This document shows positions 49,722-59,559 of a stretch of 60,480 bases of DNA, one piece after another (position 1 is the first letter of the stretch; every line of letters begins with the position of its first letter). A model generated the notes under the pieces. That model searched no databases, had not been told where the DNA came from, and was given only the letters and a program-made list of their open reading frames with translations. The stretch lies in assembly GCA_035433265.1 (NCBI GenBank), contig DAORUQ010000001.1, forward strand, positions 8,954 to 69,433, in the 5' to 3' direction. This DNA is from Pseudomonadales bacterium. Its GTDB lineage: Bacteria > Pseudomonadota > Gammaproteobacteria > Pseudomonadales > UBA5518. A program made the translations under genes and the position numbers.

Positions 49722-49724
49722 GCC

Positions 49725-52700
49725 TCAGCCCAGCCAGGCGCGCGCGTTGCGGAACAGGCGCATCCAGCCCCCGTCCTCGCCCCAGCCCGGCGCCCGCCAG
49801 GAGTTCTGCACGGTGCGGAACACCCGCTCCGGGTGCGGCATCATGATCGTCACCCGCCCGTCGCTGCTGGTCACCGCCGCCACGGCCCCCGCCGAACCGT
49901 TGGGGTTGGCCGGGAAGCGCTGCGTCGGGTTGCCGCGGCTGTCGACGTAGCGCAACGCCACGCGGCCGTCATGCTCGAGGCCCGCGAGCGCGCCGGGCAG
50001 AAATTCGGCCTGTCCCTCGCCGTGCGCGACCGACACCGGGATCATCGACCCCTCCATGCCGCGCAGCAGGATCGAGGGGCTCGATTCCACGCGCACCAGC
50101 GCCACCCTCGCCTCGTACTGCTCCGAGGCGTTGCGCACGAAGCGCGGCCAGTGCGCGCTGCCCGGGATGATGTCGCGCAGCCCGGACATCATCTGGCAGC
50201 CGTTGCAGACACCGAGCGTGAAGGTGTCGCCGCGCGCGAAGAAGCCCTGGAACTGCGTGCGCGCGCGCTCGTTGAACAACACCGTCCTGGCCCAACCGCC
50301 GCCGGCGCCCAGCACGTCGCCGTAGGAGAAGCCGCCGCAGGCCGCGATGCCGCTCACCGATGCCAGGTCGAGCGCGCCCGAGAGCACGTCGCTCATGTGT
50401 ACGTCGATGGCCTCGAAGCCGGCGCGGTCGAAGGCCGCGGCCATTTCGTACTGGCCGTTGACGCCCTGCTCGCGCAGCACCGCGACGCGCGGACGCGCGC
50501 CAGTGGCGATGAACGGCGCCTCGATGCGCTCGGCGGGGTCGTAGGCGAGCCGCGCGCCGAGGCCCGGATCGTCGGCATCGAGCAGCGCGTCGTATTCCTC
50601 GCGCGCGCAGTCGGGATTGTCGCGCAGCGCCTGCATGCGGAAGCTGAGCTCAGCCCAGGCGCGATGCAGCGCGGTGCGCGAGTTCTCGTAGACCACGCGC
50701 TCGCCGTTGCGGATGCGCACGGTGTCGCCGCGCGCGGGGCGCCCCAGCACGTGCGCGTACGCCCCGAGACCGGCCGCCGCGAAATACGCCCGCACCGCCG
50801 CGAGGTCGGCATCGCGCACCTGCATCACCGCGCCCAGTTCCTCGCTGAACAGCGCGGCGAGCGCGGCGGCGCCGAGCGCGGCGATGTCGACATCGAGCGC
50901 CGCCCGCCCGGCGAAAGCCATCTCGCACAGCGTCACGAACAGCCCGCCGTCGGAACGGTCGTGGTAGGCGAGCAGCAGGCCCTCGGCGATGCAGCGTTGC
51001 AGCGCCGCGAAGAAACCGCCGATCAGCGCGGGATCATCGAGATCCGGCGCGCTGTCGCCGACCTGCTTGTAGACCTGCGCCAGCGCCGAGGCACCGAGGC
51101 GGTTGCGCCCGCGCCCGAGATCCACCAGCAGCAGCTGCGATGCGCTCTCGTCGCGACGGATTTCCGGCGTCACCGCCAGGCGCACGTCGGTCACCGGCGC
51201 GAAGGCCGAGACGATCAGCGACAGCGGCGCGGTCACGGCCCTCGCCGCACCCGCCTCGCTCCAGCGCGTCGTCATGGACATCGAATCCTTGCCCACCGGG
51301 ATCACGATGCCGAGCGCCGGACACAGCTCCATGCCCACCGCGCGCACCGCCTCGAACAACGCCTGGTCCTCGCCCGGGTGGCCGGCGGCGGCCATCCAGT
51401 TCGCGGAGAGTTTCACGTCGGCAAGGCGCGCGATCGGTGCCGAGGCGATGTTGGTCAGCGCCTCGCCCACCGCCATGCGCGCCGAGGCGGCGGCATCGAT
51501 CAGCGCGAGCGGCGTGCGCTCGCCCATCGCCATCGCCTCGCCCGCGCAGGTGTCGAAGCTCGTGGTCGTGATGCCGGCATCGGCCACCGGCACCTGCCAG
51601 GGACCGACCATCTGGTCGCGGCTCACCTGCCCCGTGACGCTGCGATCGCCGATGGTCACCAGGAAGCCCTTGCCCGCCACGGCCGGCAGGCGCAGCACGC
51701 GCTCGACGGCGTCCGCGATATCCACATGATCCAGCGCGAGCGGCACGCGCGCGGGCACGGTGCGCGCGAACTCGCGGTGCATGCGCGGCGGCTTGCCGAA
51801 CAGCACCGACAGCGGCAAGTCCACCGGCCGCGAGCCGTCACGGGCGTCGGTCAGCGCGAGGTGCGCCGCCGCGCTCGCCTCGCCGACCACCGCATAGGGG
51901 CAGCGCTCGCGCTCGCAGATCGCGGCGAAGCGATCGAGATCGGCGGCGTCCACCGCCAGCACGTAGCGCTCCTGCGCCTCGTTGCACCACAGCTCGAGCG
52001 GCGAGAGCCCGGTATCGGCGCTGGGAATCTTCTCGAGCGCGATGCGCCCGCCGCAGCCGCCGTCCTTCACCAGCTCGGGCAGCGCGTTGGAAAGCCCTCC
52101 GGCGCCCACGTCGTGGATGAAGCGGATCGGGTTGCGCTCACCAAGCTGCCAGCAGCGGTCGATCACTTCCTGGCAGCGGTGCTCGATCTCGGCGTTGTCG
52201 CGCTGCACCGAGGCGAAGTCGAGCTCCTCGTGGCTCGCGCCCGAAGCCATCGAGGACGCCGCGCCACCGCCCAGCCCGATCAGCATCGCGGGCCCGCCGA
52301 GCACCACCAGGCGCGTGCCCTCGCCCATGGCGCCCTTGAGCACGTGCCCCTCGCGGATGTTGCCCAGGCCGCCGGCGACCATGATCGGCTTGTGATAGCC
52401 GCGCACCTCGCCCTCGTGCACCTCCTCGAAACTGCGGAAGTAGCCGCAGATCGCGGGACGGCCGAATTCGTTGTTGAACGCCGCGCCACCGATCGGGCCC
52501 TCGAGCATGATCTCGAGCGCCGAGGCGATGCGCCCGGGCTTGCCGTGATCGGTCTCCCAGGGTTGCGCGAATTGCGGCACGCGCAGGTTCGACACGCTGA
52601 AGCCCACGAGGCCGGCCTTGGGGCGCGCGCCGATACCCACCGCGCCCTCGTCGCGGATCTCGCCGCCCGATCCGGTGGCCGCACCCGGGTACGGCGCGAT

Positions 52701-53606
52701 CGCGGTCGGGTGGTTGTGCGTCTCGACCTTCATCAGGATGTGCACAGGCTCGGGGTGATACGCGAACACGCGCGTTTCGGGATCGGGAAAGAAGCGTCCC
52801 GCTTCGTGCCCGCGGATCACGGCGGCGTTGTCGGAGTACGCGCTCAGCACCGCCGGATCCGCGGCCTGCTCGTGCGTGTTGCGGATCATGCCGAACAGGC
52901 TGTGCGACTGCGGCTCGCCGTCGATGCTCCAGCTCGCATTGAAGATCTTGTGGCGGCAGTGCTCGCTGTTGGCCTGCGCGAACATCATCAGCTCCACATC
53001 GGCGGGATTGCGTCCGAGCTCGACGAAGGCCGCGCACAGATAATCGATCTCGTCATCGGCGAGCGCGAAACCGAACTCACGATTCGCGCGCTCCAGCGCC
53101 GCGCGGCCACCGCCGAGAATATCCACCGTGCGCAGCGCGCGCGGCGCCTCGTGCACGAACAGCTTCGCCGCGTCCTCGAGGCTCGCGAACACCGCCTCGA
53201 CCATGCGATCGTGCAGCGGCGCGGCGATGCGCGCGCGTAACTCTGCAGCAATCGTGCCTTCGCAATTCACGTAATACGCGATGCCGCGCTCGATGCGCCG
53301 CACGCGCGCCAGGCCGCAGTTGCGCGCGATGTCGGTGGCCTTGCTCGACCACGGCGACAACGTGCCCGGGCGCGGTACCACGAGAAACAATTCGCCCGCG
53401 AATTGTTGCGCCTCGCGATGCGGGCCGTAATCGAGCAATTGCCGCAGCATCGCGCTCTCGTCGTCGCGCGCTTCTCCGTCGATCTCGATGAAATGCATGA
53501 ATCGCGCCTGCACATCGCGCACATCGGCGGCGATCGATTGCAGTTCGCCGAGCAGCCGGCGAAGACGGAATGGCGAAAGCGCCGAAGCGCCGGCGAGAGT
53601 CAGCAT
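49725..53606 (-). CDS. purL: phosphoribosylformylglycinamidine synthase (large single-chain PurL)
   Basis: 1293 aa. Begins [19 protein letters not shown]. Contains FGM-AIR synthase-like domains and a C-terminal glutaminase with the GVCNGCQM nucleophile. Confidence 0.97.
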   Translation of the reverse strand: MLTLAGASALSPFRLRRLLGELQSIAADVRDVQARFMHFIEIDGEARDDESAMLRQLLDYGPHREAQQFAGELFLVVPRPGTLSPWSSKATDIARNCGLARVRRIERGIAYYVNCEGTIAAELRARIAAPLHDRMVEAVFASLEDAAKLFVHEAPRALRTVDILGGGRAALERANREFGFALADDEIDYLCAAFVELGRNPADVELMMFAQANSEHCRHKIFNASWSIDGEPQSHSLFGMIRNTHEQAADPAVLSAYSDNAAVIRGHEAGRFFPDPETRVFAYHPEPVHILMKVETHNHPTAIAPYPGAATGSGGEIRDEGAVGIGARPKAGLVGFSVSNLRVPQFAQPWETDHGKPGRIASALEIMLEGPIGGAAFNNEFGRPAICGYFRSFEEVHEGEVRGYHKPIMVAGGLGNIREGHVLKGAMGEGTRLVVLGGPAMLIGLGGGAASSMASGASHEELDFASVQRDNAEIEHRCQEVIDRCWQLGERNPIRFIHDVGAGGLSNALPELVKDGGCGGRIALEKIPSADTGLSPLELWCNEAQERYVLAVDAADLDRFAAICERERCPYAVVGEASAAAHLALTDARDGSRPVDLPLSVLFGKPPRMHREFARTVPARVPLALDHVDIADAVERVLRLPAVAGKGFLVTIGDRSVTGQVSRDQMVGPWQVPVADAGITTTSFDTCAGEAMAMGERTPLALIDAAASARMAVGEALTNIASAPIARLADVKLSANWMAAAGHPGEDQALFEAVRAVGMELCPALGIVIPVGKDSMSMTTRWSEAGAARAVTAPLSLIVSAFAPVTDVRLAVTPEIRRDESASQLLLVDLGRGRNRLGASALAQVYKQVGDSAPDLDDPALIGGFFAALQRCIAEGLLLAYHDRSDGGLFVTLCEMAFAGRAALDVDIAALGAAALAALFSEELGAVMQVRDADLAAVRAYFAAAGLGAYAHVLGRPARGDTVRIRNGERVVYENSRTALHRAWAELSFRMQALRDNPDCAREEYDALLDADDPGLGARLAYDPAERIEAPFIATGARPRVAVLREQGVNGQYEMAAAFDRAGFEAIDVHMSDVLSGALDLASVSGIAACGGFSYGDVLGAGGGWARTVLFNERARTQFQGFFARGDTFTLGVCNGCQMMSGLRDIIPGSAHWPRFVRNASEQYEARVALVRVESSPSILLRGMEGSMIPVSVAHGEGQAEFLPGALAGLEHDGRVALRYVDSRGNPTQRFPANPNGSAGAVAAVTSSDGRVTIMMPHPERVFRTVQNSWRAPGWGEDGGWMRLFRNARAWLG

Positions 53607-53657
53607 GACTGTTCCCGAAAATTGAAATTGAATGAAATGTTGTGCCTCGAGCGCAGA

Positions 53658-53663
53658 ATTCTA
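53658..53663 (-). promoter_or_regulatory. TAGAAT hexamer, candidate purL -10 box
   Basis: The minus strand reads acggTAGAATtctg, about 50 nt upstream of the purL ATG in the AT-rich spacer. Confidence 0.3.
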
Positions 53664-53782
53664 CCGTATGCCCCGAAGCGCCAGTTAGCTGCAATTGCGT
53701 ACGATTTTGACATCAACATTCGCGCGATGGCGTACAACACACCGATAGCGATTACTAACATTCGTGCGCACGCGGAAAAACG

Positions 53783-53809
53783 TACCGCGAAATAGCGGTA
53801 ATTTTTTTT
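53783..53809 (+). terminator. orphan intrinsic-terminator-like element (hairpin + T8)
   Basis: TACCGC-GAAATA-GCGGTA followed by ATTTTTTTT. No plus-strand gene ends upstream of it. On the minus strand the same hairpin is followed by CGTTTTT. Confidence 0.4.
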
Positions 53810-53842
53810 GTCCGATTGGGTTCCCATCGCGCGATTGGCGAC

Positions 53843-53848
53843 TAGAAT
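53843..53848 (+). promoter_or_regulatory. TAGAAT hexamer, candidate mltF -10 box
   Basis: ggcgacTAGAATcgac, 34 nt upstream of the ATG at 53882 and downstream of the T8 element. Confidence 0.3.
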
Positions 53849-53881
53849 CGACCCCCGCCAGGTACAGCAAGAGTGTGACCT

Positions 53882-55375
53882 ATGTGGATCACAGCAACTA
53901 CTGGAACACTGGAAAGCAGGCCACGGCCCATCACGAACGTCCTGAAAGGCGCATTGATGGGCATTCTGTGTGCAGTTCTCGCCGCGTGTCCCAGCGAGAC
54001 CATTCAGTCACACTCCGGCCCGCTTCCACGAGATTCCCTCGACGAAGTCCTGGCGCGCGGCAAGCTGCGCGTCGTCAGCCGGGTCAACCCGGCGACCTTC
54101 GTCGTAGACAAGCACGGCCCTTCCGGGATCGAGTTCGAGCTCGCGCGCGCGTTCGCCGAGAAAATCGGCGTCGAGCTCGAGATGATCCCGGCGGCCAACA
54201 TCGCCGAGGTCTATGCCGCGCTCGACAGCGGCACGGCGGACATGGCCGCCTCGGGCCTGTCGGCGCGCCTTTCCGGCACCTCGAGCTACTGGTACAGCTC
54301 GCCCTACCTCGAGGTGCGCCAGCAGATCGTCTACAGGAGCGGCGCGGCCCGCCCGCGCTCCGTCGCCGACCTGGTGGGCAAGCGCGTGATGGTGCTCGCG
54401 CAGAGCAGCTCCGCCGACGCGCTTGCCGAGGCGCAGCGCGCGCATCCCGGCCTCGGCTGGATGGAAGCCACGCGCATCGAGACCTTCGAGCTGCTGCGCA
54501 AGATCATGGACGACGAGATCGATTACGCGATCGTGAAGTCCAATGAATTCGAGATGCACGAGGGCCTGTTCCCCGGCATCGAGATCGCCTTCGAGCTCGA
54601 GGAGCGCGAGCAGCTCGCGTGGGCCACCGCCGAGCGCGGCCGCAATGCGCGACTGCACTCCTCGATGCAGAATTTCCTCGCGCGCTACGAGGAATCGGGC
54701 GAGCTGGACCTGCTGCGCGAGCGCTTCTTCGGTTACCTGCCCGAGATCAACCGCAAGGCGCTGACCGCGTTTGCCGAGCGCGTCGAATCGCACCTGCCGC
54801 GATTCGAGGGGGTGCTGCGCAGGATCGGCGCCGAGGAAGGCATCGACTGGCGCCTGCTGGCCGCGATCAGCTACCAGGAATCGCACTGGAATCCGCGCGC
54901 GGTGTCGTACACCGGCGTGCGCGGCATGATGATGCTGACGAAGGTGACGGCGCGCGAGGTCGGCGTGACCGATCGCACCAACCTCGAGCAAAGCCTGCGC
55001 GGCGGCGCGCGCTATTTCCTGAAACTGGTGGAGCAGGTGAGCGAGGACATCGCGCCCTCGGAACGCGAGCTCTTCGCGCTCGCCGCCTACAACATCGGCC
55101 CCGCGCACGTCGAGGACGCGCGCCGCATCGCCGAGATGCGCGGCGCCGATCCGGACGTGTGGGCCGACGTGGAGAAGCAGCTGCCGCTGCTGACAAAGCG
55201 CGCATGGCATTCGCGCACCCGCCACGGCTACGCGCGCGGCTACGAAACCCTGAGCTTCGTCAACCGCATCCGCCAGTACCACCGCTTCCTCGAGCACCAC
55301 GACGAGGAATCGAACATGCTGCAGGTCGCGCAGAACGCGCGCACCTCGTTCGCGCAGCTGCCCACCCGCTCCTGA
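53882..55375 (+). CDS. mltF: membrane-bound lytic murein transglycosylase F
   Basis: Lipobox AVLAAC, an N-terminal solute-binding-like domain (KLRVVSRVNPATF), and a C-terminal SLT domain (ISYQESHWNP ... GMMMLT ... AYNIGPAHV). The start is uncertain (alternative ATG at 53957). Confidence 0.85.
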   Translation: MWITATTGTLESRPRPITNVLKGALMGILCAVLAACPSETIQSHSGPLPRDSLDEVLARGKLRVVSRVNPATFVVDKHGPSGIEFELARAFAEKIGVELEMIPAANIAEVYAALDSGTADMAASGLSARLSGTSSYWYSSPYLEVRQQIVYRSGAARPRSVADLVGKRVMVLAQSSSADALAEAQRAHPGLGWMEATRIETFELLRKIMDDEIDYAIVKSNEFEMHEGLFPGIEIAFELEEREQLAWATAERGRNARLHSSMQNFLARYEESGELDLLRERFFGYLPEINRKALTAFAERVESHLPRFEGVLRRIGAEEGIDWRLLAAISYQESHWNPRAVSYTGVRGMMMLTKVTAREVGVTDRTNLEQSLRGGARYFLKLVEQVSEDIAPSERELFALAAYNIGPAHVEDARRIAEMRGADPDVWADVEKQLPLLTKRAWHSRTRHGYARGYETLSFVNRIRQYHRFLEHHDEESNMLQVAQNARTSFAQLPTRS

Positions 55376-55391
55376 CCACACAAAAATGTGG

Positions 55392-55409
55392 GTCGCCATT
55401 CATGGCGAC
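55392..55409. repeat. REP unit overlapping the tadA stop codon
   Basis: GTCGCCATTCATGGCGAC preceded by the TGTGG flank. The tadA codons TCG CCA TGA (minus strand) lie inside it. Confidence 0.8.
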
Positions 55410-55867
55410 ATCCGGCGGCGGCGGAAGAAATCCCGCATCATCCGCGCCGCATCGTCCGCGCACACGCCCTCGCTCCACGCCACGCGATGGTTCAGAAAAG
55501 CCGCGTCCAGCAGCGCGAGGTTGCTCGCCACCGCGCCGGCGCGCGGCTCGCGCGCGGCGAACACCACGCGCGCCACGCGCGCATGCACCAGCGCGCCCGC
55601 GCACATCGCGCAGGGCTCGATGCTGACGTACAGCGTGGAACCGCTCAGCCGGTAGTTGCTCAACGCATTCGCCGCGGCGCGCAGCGCCACGATCTCGGCG
55701 TGCGCGGTGGGATCGCAGCGCCCGATCGGCGCGTTCCAGCCCTCGCCGAGCACCTCGCCGTCGCGCACCAGCACCGCGCCTACGGGCACTTCGCCCGCGC
55801 CCTCGCCCGCGCGCGCTAGCTCGAGCGCGCGGCGCATCCAGTGCTCGTCTTCTTCTGCGCTCGTCAT
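55400..55867 (-). CDS. tadA: tRNA adenosine(34) deaminase
   Basis: The track ORF is trimmed to MTSAEEDEHWMRRALELA. Zinc motifs: HAEIVALR and EPCAMCAGAL. Confidence 0.9.
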   Translation of the reverse strand: MTSAEEDEHWMRRALELARAGEGAGEVPVGAVLVRDGEVLGEGWNAPIGRCDPTAHAEIVALRAAANALSNYRLSGSTLYVSIEPCAMCAGALVHARVARVVFAAREPRAGAVASNLALLDAAFLNHRVAWSEGVCADDAARMMRDFFRRRRMSP

Positions 55868-55959
55868 GTGCGTTCTCCCGTCGTGGCGCCAGCGCGCGCG
55901 CCCGCGATGATAGCCCAGCTCGACGCGGCAACCGCGCCGCGCAGCCCCTGCAACCGTCC

Positions 55960-56709
55960 TCAGGCCGGCAGCGGCAATTCGCCCTCGCTCAGGAAGGTCT
56001 CGAGGACGAAGCGGACGACGGCGCTCGCGCCCACCTGCTTGAACGCGACTTCGCGTGCGCCGGCCTCGCACAGCCAGCGCGTGGTCTCCCGCGGCGCCGG
56101 CTCGCTGAAAGCGGCGGGCGAAATCAGCCCGACGCACAAGCCGTGTCCCGGGTCGCGCGCCGACGGGTACTCGAAGGCCTCCACGCCCGCCTCGCGCATC
56201 GCGGTCCCCAGCAGCTGCGTCTGCACGTAATCCTTCGGGTGCGCGATCGTCGCGGCGAAACGCGCGAACGGTGCCTCGTGCAGCTTCACCCCGCGCGCCG
56301 TCCGGTAGAGCGCCGAGAACAGCGTGTGCTGCGAACGGATGGCCGCCTTCGGCGGCGCCGCGTCCATCGAGTACCAGAACACGAAGCGGTAATAGGCGGC
56401 CTCGGCCAGCGTGGCATCCGTGCCGCAAGCGCCGTAGAAAATGCCCGGCTCGTGCACGCGCCCGAAGCGCGAGCCCCACGACAGCGGCGGATAGCGAAAC
56501 GGCGTCTTCAGCAGGTAGTGCAGGCCTTCGGTCCCGGCACGGTACGGGGGCTTTACCTCGTCCAGCATCGCTTCCAGCAGCGCCTGCTCCTCGAGGGTGT
56601 CGACGTAGCCGAGCGTCGCGACCTGCTCCTGGCTCTCGACGAGGCGATACAGCGTGCCCGCCACGCGGCGAATCTGCGCGGCGCCGTGGCACGCCTCCCA
56701 GATCGTCAC
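55960..56709 (-). CDS. RES domain toxin (NAD+-targeting RES family)
   Basis: GTG start at 56709 overlaps the antitoxin stop (GTGA). Contains LYRLVESQEQ, FRYPPLSWGSRFG (R), AFEYPSARDPGHG (E..S). 249 aa. Confidence 0.85.
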   Translation of the reverse strand: MTIWEACHGAAQIRRVAGTLYRLVESQEQVATLGYVDTLEEQALLEAMLDEVKPPYRAGTEGLHYLLKTPFRYPPLSWGSRFGRVHEPGIFYGACGTDATLAEAAYYRFVFWYSMDAAPPKAAIRSQHTLFSALYRTARGVKLHEAPFARFAATIAHPKDYVQTQLLGTAMREAGVEAFEYPSARDPGHGLCVGLISPAAFSEPAPRETTRWLCEAGAREVAFKQVGASAVVRFVLETFLSEGELPLPA

Positions 56710-57077
56710 ACCTTGCCCCGCAGGGCATCGACGAACTGCAGCACGGTGACCAGGCCCTGGATGCTCTCGATCTGCCGCGCCGGGACGCCCCCCGTCGCCT
56801 TGTTCGCGCTGCGCATGAAGTGCCGGATCCAGTCCTGGTCGCCGCCGGTGAGCGCGTACAGCGCCCGCGCCACGCGCACGAGGAGCAACGCCAGCTCGCC
56901 CGCCTTGGACCGCGGATCCAGCGCGGGTTGCTGTTTGAGCCGGCTGATCGCCGTGCGGTGCATGCCGAGCACGGCGGCCAGCTCCGCCTGTTTCAGCCCG
57001 AGCTGCGCCGCGGCGCTCAGCACGGCCTTGGCCAGCACGACCTCGGGCGCGGCTTGGGGGTGCGGCTGGGTGGACAT
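56706..57077 (-). CDS. Xre-like antitoxin with DUF2384 (MbcA/ParS-type) toxin-binding domain
   Basis: HTH: LGLKQAELAAVLGMHRTAISRL. C-terminal: DQDWIRHFMRSANKATGGVPARQIESIQGLVTVLQFVDAL. RBS GGGAG upstream. Confidence 0.85.
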   Translation of the reverse strand: MSTQPHPQAAPEVVLAKAVLSAAAQLGLKQAELAAVLGMHRTAISRLKQQPALDPRSKAGELALLLVRVARALYALTGGDQDWIRHFMRSANKATGGVPARQIESIQGLVTVLQFVDALRGKV

Positions 57078-57097
57078 GCGCGGCTCCCGGGGAAAAT

Positions 57098-57135
57098 GCT
57101 ATCTGCACATATGCTATGCACGATGTGCGGATAGC
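57098..57135. promoter_or_regulatory. imperfect 13-bp inverted repeat, candidate antitoxin operator overlapping -10-like TAGCAT boxes
   Basis: GCTATCTGCACAT (57098..57110) and ATGTGCGGATAGC (57123..57135) have one mismatch. ATGCTAT occurs twice as a direct repeat. The element lies 21-58 nt upstream of the antitoxin ATG. Confidence 0.45.
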
Positions 57136-57155
57136 ACAACCCGTAATTGCCCCGC

Positions 57156-57851
57156 TCAGCCGCCGATCGCCGCGACTTCCGCCGGCGCCAGGTGCCGCCA
57201 TTCGCCTGGCGCGAGCGCCGCATCGAGCACGATCCCGCCGACCGCGAGCCGGTGCAGCGCGAGGACCTCGTTGCGGAAGACGCCGAACATCCGCCTGACC
57301 TGGTGGTAGCGGCCCTCGTGGATCGTGAGCTCCGCGCGGGTGGCGGACAGGGTCACCAGCCGCGCGGGCTGCGTCACCAGGTTCTCGTAGCGCAGATAGA
57401 TACCTGCCGCGAAGCGCTCGGCGTATTCCGGCGTGATCGGGTCGCGTGTATGCACGAGGTAGGTCTTGGGAATCTTGCGCTCGGGCAGCGTGATGCGGCG
57501 CGTCCAGTTGCCGTCGCTGCTGAGCAGCAACAGCCCCGTGGTATTGAAGTCGAGCCTCCCGGCGAGGTGCAGTTCCTCACGCGCCGGCAGGTCGATCAGA
57601 TCGAGCACCGTACAGTGCTTGCGGTCGGTGGTGGCGCTGACGCAGCCGCGCGGCTTGTGCAGCATCAGGTACACGGGCTCGCGCGCGCGCAACAGCCGTC
57701 CCGCCACCTCGACGCGGCAAAAGGTCGAGACCGCCTGGCTGCCGTCGGTGGCCGGCACGCCGTTCAGCAGCACCTCGCGCGCGGCGATCATGTGCTGCGC
57801 GCTGCGCGCCGAGCACGCCAGCCGGGAGCCTATGAAGCGGTCGAGTCGCAT
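57156..57851 (-). CDS. rsuA: 16S rRNA pseudouridine synthase, RsuA family
   Basis: Trimmed to MRLDRFIGSRL (S4 domain). Catalytic HLAGRLDFNTTGLLLL. KTYLV. EGRYHQVRRMF. Confidence 0.8.
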   Translation of the reverse strand: MRLDRFIGSRLACSARSAQHMIAAREVLLNGVPATDGSQAVSTFCRVEVAGRLLRAREPVYLMLHKPRGCVSATTDRKHCTVLDLIDLPAREELHLAGRLDFNTTGLLLLSSDGNWTRRITLPERKIPKTYLVHTRDPITPEYAERFAAGIYLRYENLVTQPARLVTLSATRAELTIHEGRYHQVRRMFGVFRNEVLALHRLAVGGIVLDAALAPGEWRHLAPAEVAAIGG

Positions 57852-58041
57852 CGGGGTTGATCTACCTCGCGTAGTTCGCGGCTGTTGCCGAAGCATCCAC
57901 GGCGCCTTGGTGTGGATGCGCCCAAGAATTCATCGACTATCGTAGCGCGGCTGCGCCGTTCCATGGAGAACCATGGATGAGCTCGACAACCGCCCCCGTT
58001 GTTGCCAACATCGACCGACGAGAGCATCCAGAATCCAGTCA

Positions 58042-59559
58042 ATGCCGTCTGCAAACACATCGGCCGAGTTATTCCGGCACGTCAGCGCCGAGAAAGCCGG
58101 CATCTACCGCAGCATCATGGCGAGTTTCGCCGCGGCAAAGCGCCAGTTCCGGCTGCACATGCGACCCGACGAAGTGCTGACCGAGGCTCGGTGGACCGAT
58201 GGCGCACCAAAGCTCGAGGAAGTTCAGGCCGCGCTCGCTCAACTCGCCGAATGGGGCAACCTCGAGGCGCAGCCCGACACAGCACGCGTCGCCAGCATCA
58301 GCGACTTTTACCGCGCCCGCTTCCTCTACCGGCTCTCCCATGGCGGCGATGCGGTCGAGACAGCCCTCGCGGCCTTCGCCGACGCACTCGAACGGCGCGC
58401 CGAACTGCAGACGATCGCGCTGGAGGACATCGCCAGCCGGCTCAGGACCCTGCTCGCGCTGGCCGACGCGCCGGCGATCGATGCGGCGAAGCTGCACGAG
58501 ACGCTGCGCGATCTGGTGCGTGTGTTCGAGGGCCTGGCCGACAACGCCCAGGCATTCATGGCCGGCATGGCCCGCAGCATCGAGCTGCAACAGGCCGATG
58601 CCACCGCGGTGGTGGCTTACAAGCAACGGCTGATCGACTACCTCGAACGTTTCATCGGCGATCTGGTCGGGCGCTCCGGCGCGATCGCAGAGCACATTGC
58701 CGCGCTGCATCCGCGCATCGATCCACTGCTGTGGTCGGCCGCGCAACGCGAGGCGCGCGACGCCGCTCCCGCTGACCAACAAGCGCAGACCGAGGCGCTC
58801 GCACAGCGCCAGCAGGCGTGGCGTGAACGCTGGGGGGGCCTGCGCAGCTGGTTCGTCAGCGCCCATCATGAACCGCCTCAGGCCGAGGTGTTGCGCTCGA
58901 AGGCGCGCGCGGCGATTCCGCAGCTGCTGGCGGCGGTCGCGGCGCTGAACGAGCGGCGCAGCGGGCGCAGCGACCGCTCGGCCGACTTCAGGGTGCTCGC
59001 CGGCTGGTTCGCGAGCTGCGCGGGCGATGACGACTCGCACCGCCTCGGTCGCGCCGCCTTCGCCCTCAACCCGGCGCGGCATTTCTCGTTGAATCCGGAC
59101 GCCGGCAACGAACTGCCGGCCACGACGCCGTGGGCCGAGGCGCCGCCGCTGCGTATCCACCCGCGCCTGCGCGAGTACGGCGAGGCCGCTCCACGAGGTC
59201 CGCTGCCCAGGGTGCATGAACGCTCGGAGGAACGCGCCCTGCTCGCGCGCCAATTGCGTGAAGAACATCTGCAGGTCGAAGCCGCGCGTGCACGCCTGGC
59301 CACGGGCCGGATGACGCGCCTGTCCGACATTGGGCGCCTCGATCCGCACGCCTTCGCGCTGTTGCTGTCGCTGCTGGGCGAGGCGTTGAGCGCGCAATCC
59401 TCTCCCGAGGACGTGATCGAGCGCCAGACCGGCGATGGCCTGCTGCGGATTCGTCTCGAGCCGATGGCAGCACACACGCGGGCCGAAATCCTCACCGATG
59501 CCGGCGTCTTTGCCGGCCGTGACCACCGCATCACGATCACCGCCACGCATACGCCCTGA
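58042..59559 (+). CDS. jetA: Wadjet JetA-like protein (TIGR02677 / DUF2397 family)
   Basis: The N-terminus ELFRHVSAEKAGIYRSIMASFAAAKRQFRLHMRPDEV fits the family start. About 505 aa and largely helical. An alternative ATG is at 57973. Assigned by motif recall, not by search. Confidence 0.75.
   Translation: MPSANTSAELFRHVSAEKAGIYRSIMASFAAAKRQFRLHMRPDEVLTEARWTDGAPKLEEVQAALAQLAEWGNLEAQPDTARVASISDFYRARFLYRLSHGGDAVETALAAFADALERRAELQTIALEDIASRLRTLLALADAPAIDAAKLHETLRDLVRVFEGLADNAQAFMAGMARSIELQQADATAVVAYKQRLIDYLERFIGDLVGRSGAIAEHIAALHPRIDPLLWSAAQREARDAAPADQQAQTEALAQRQQAWRERWGGLRSWFVSAHHEPPQAEVLRSKARAAIPQLLAAVAALNERRSGRSDRSADFRVLAGWFASCAGDDDSHRLGRAAFALNPARHFSLNPDAGNELPATTPWAEAPPLRIHPRLREYGEAAPRGPLPRVHERSEERALLARQLREEHLQVEAARARLATGRMTRLSDIGRLDPHAFALLLSLLGEALSAQSSPEDVIERQTGDGLLRIRLEPMAAHTRAEILTDAGVFAGRDHRITITATHTP

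Noticed and set aside
47394-53240. 1948-aa open reading frame on the plus strand
   Set aside because: It runs antisense to secD and purL, both of which have unambiguous motif-rich translations. Its own translation is low-complexity and Arg/Ala/Gly/His-rich with no recognisable domain. Long stop-free antisense frames are expected at this GC content.
53700-53800. PurR box or a plus-strand sigma-70 promoter (TTGACA at 53707) for the putative small transcript
   Set aside because: There is no convincing match to ACGCAAACGTTTGCGT. The TTGACA hexamer has its nearest -10-like hexamer (TACAAC) 20 nt away, which is too far. The promoter of any plus-strand transcript therefore remains unidentified.
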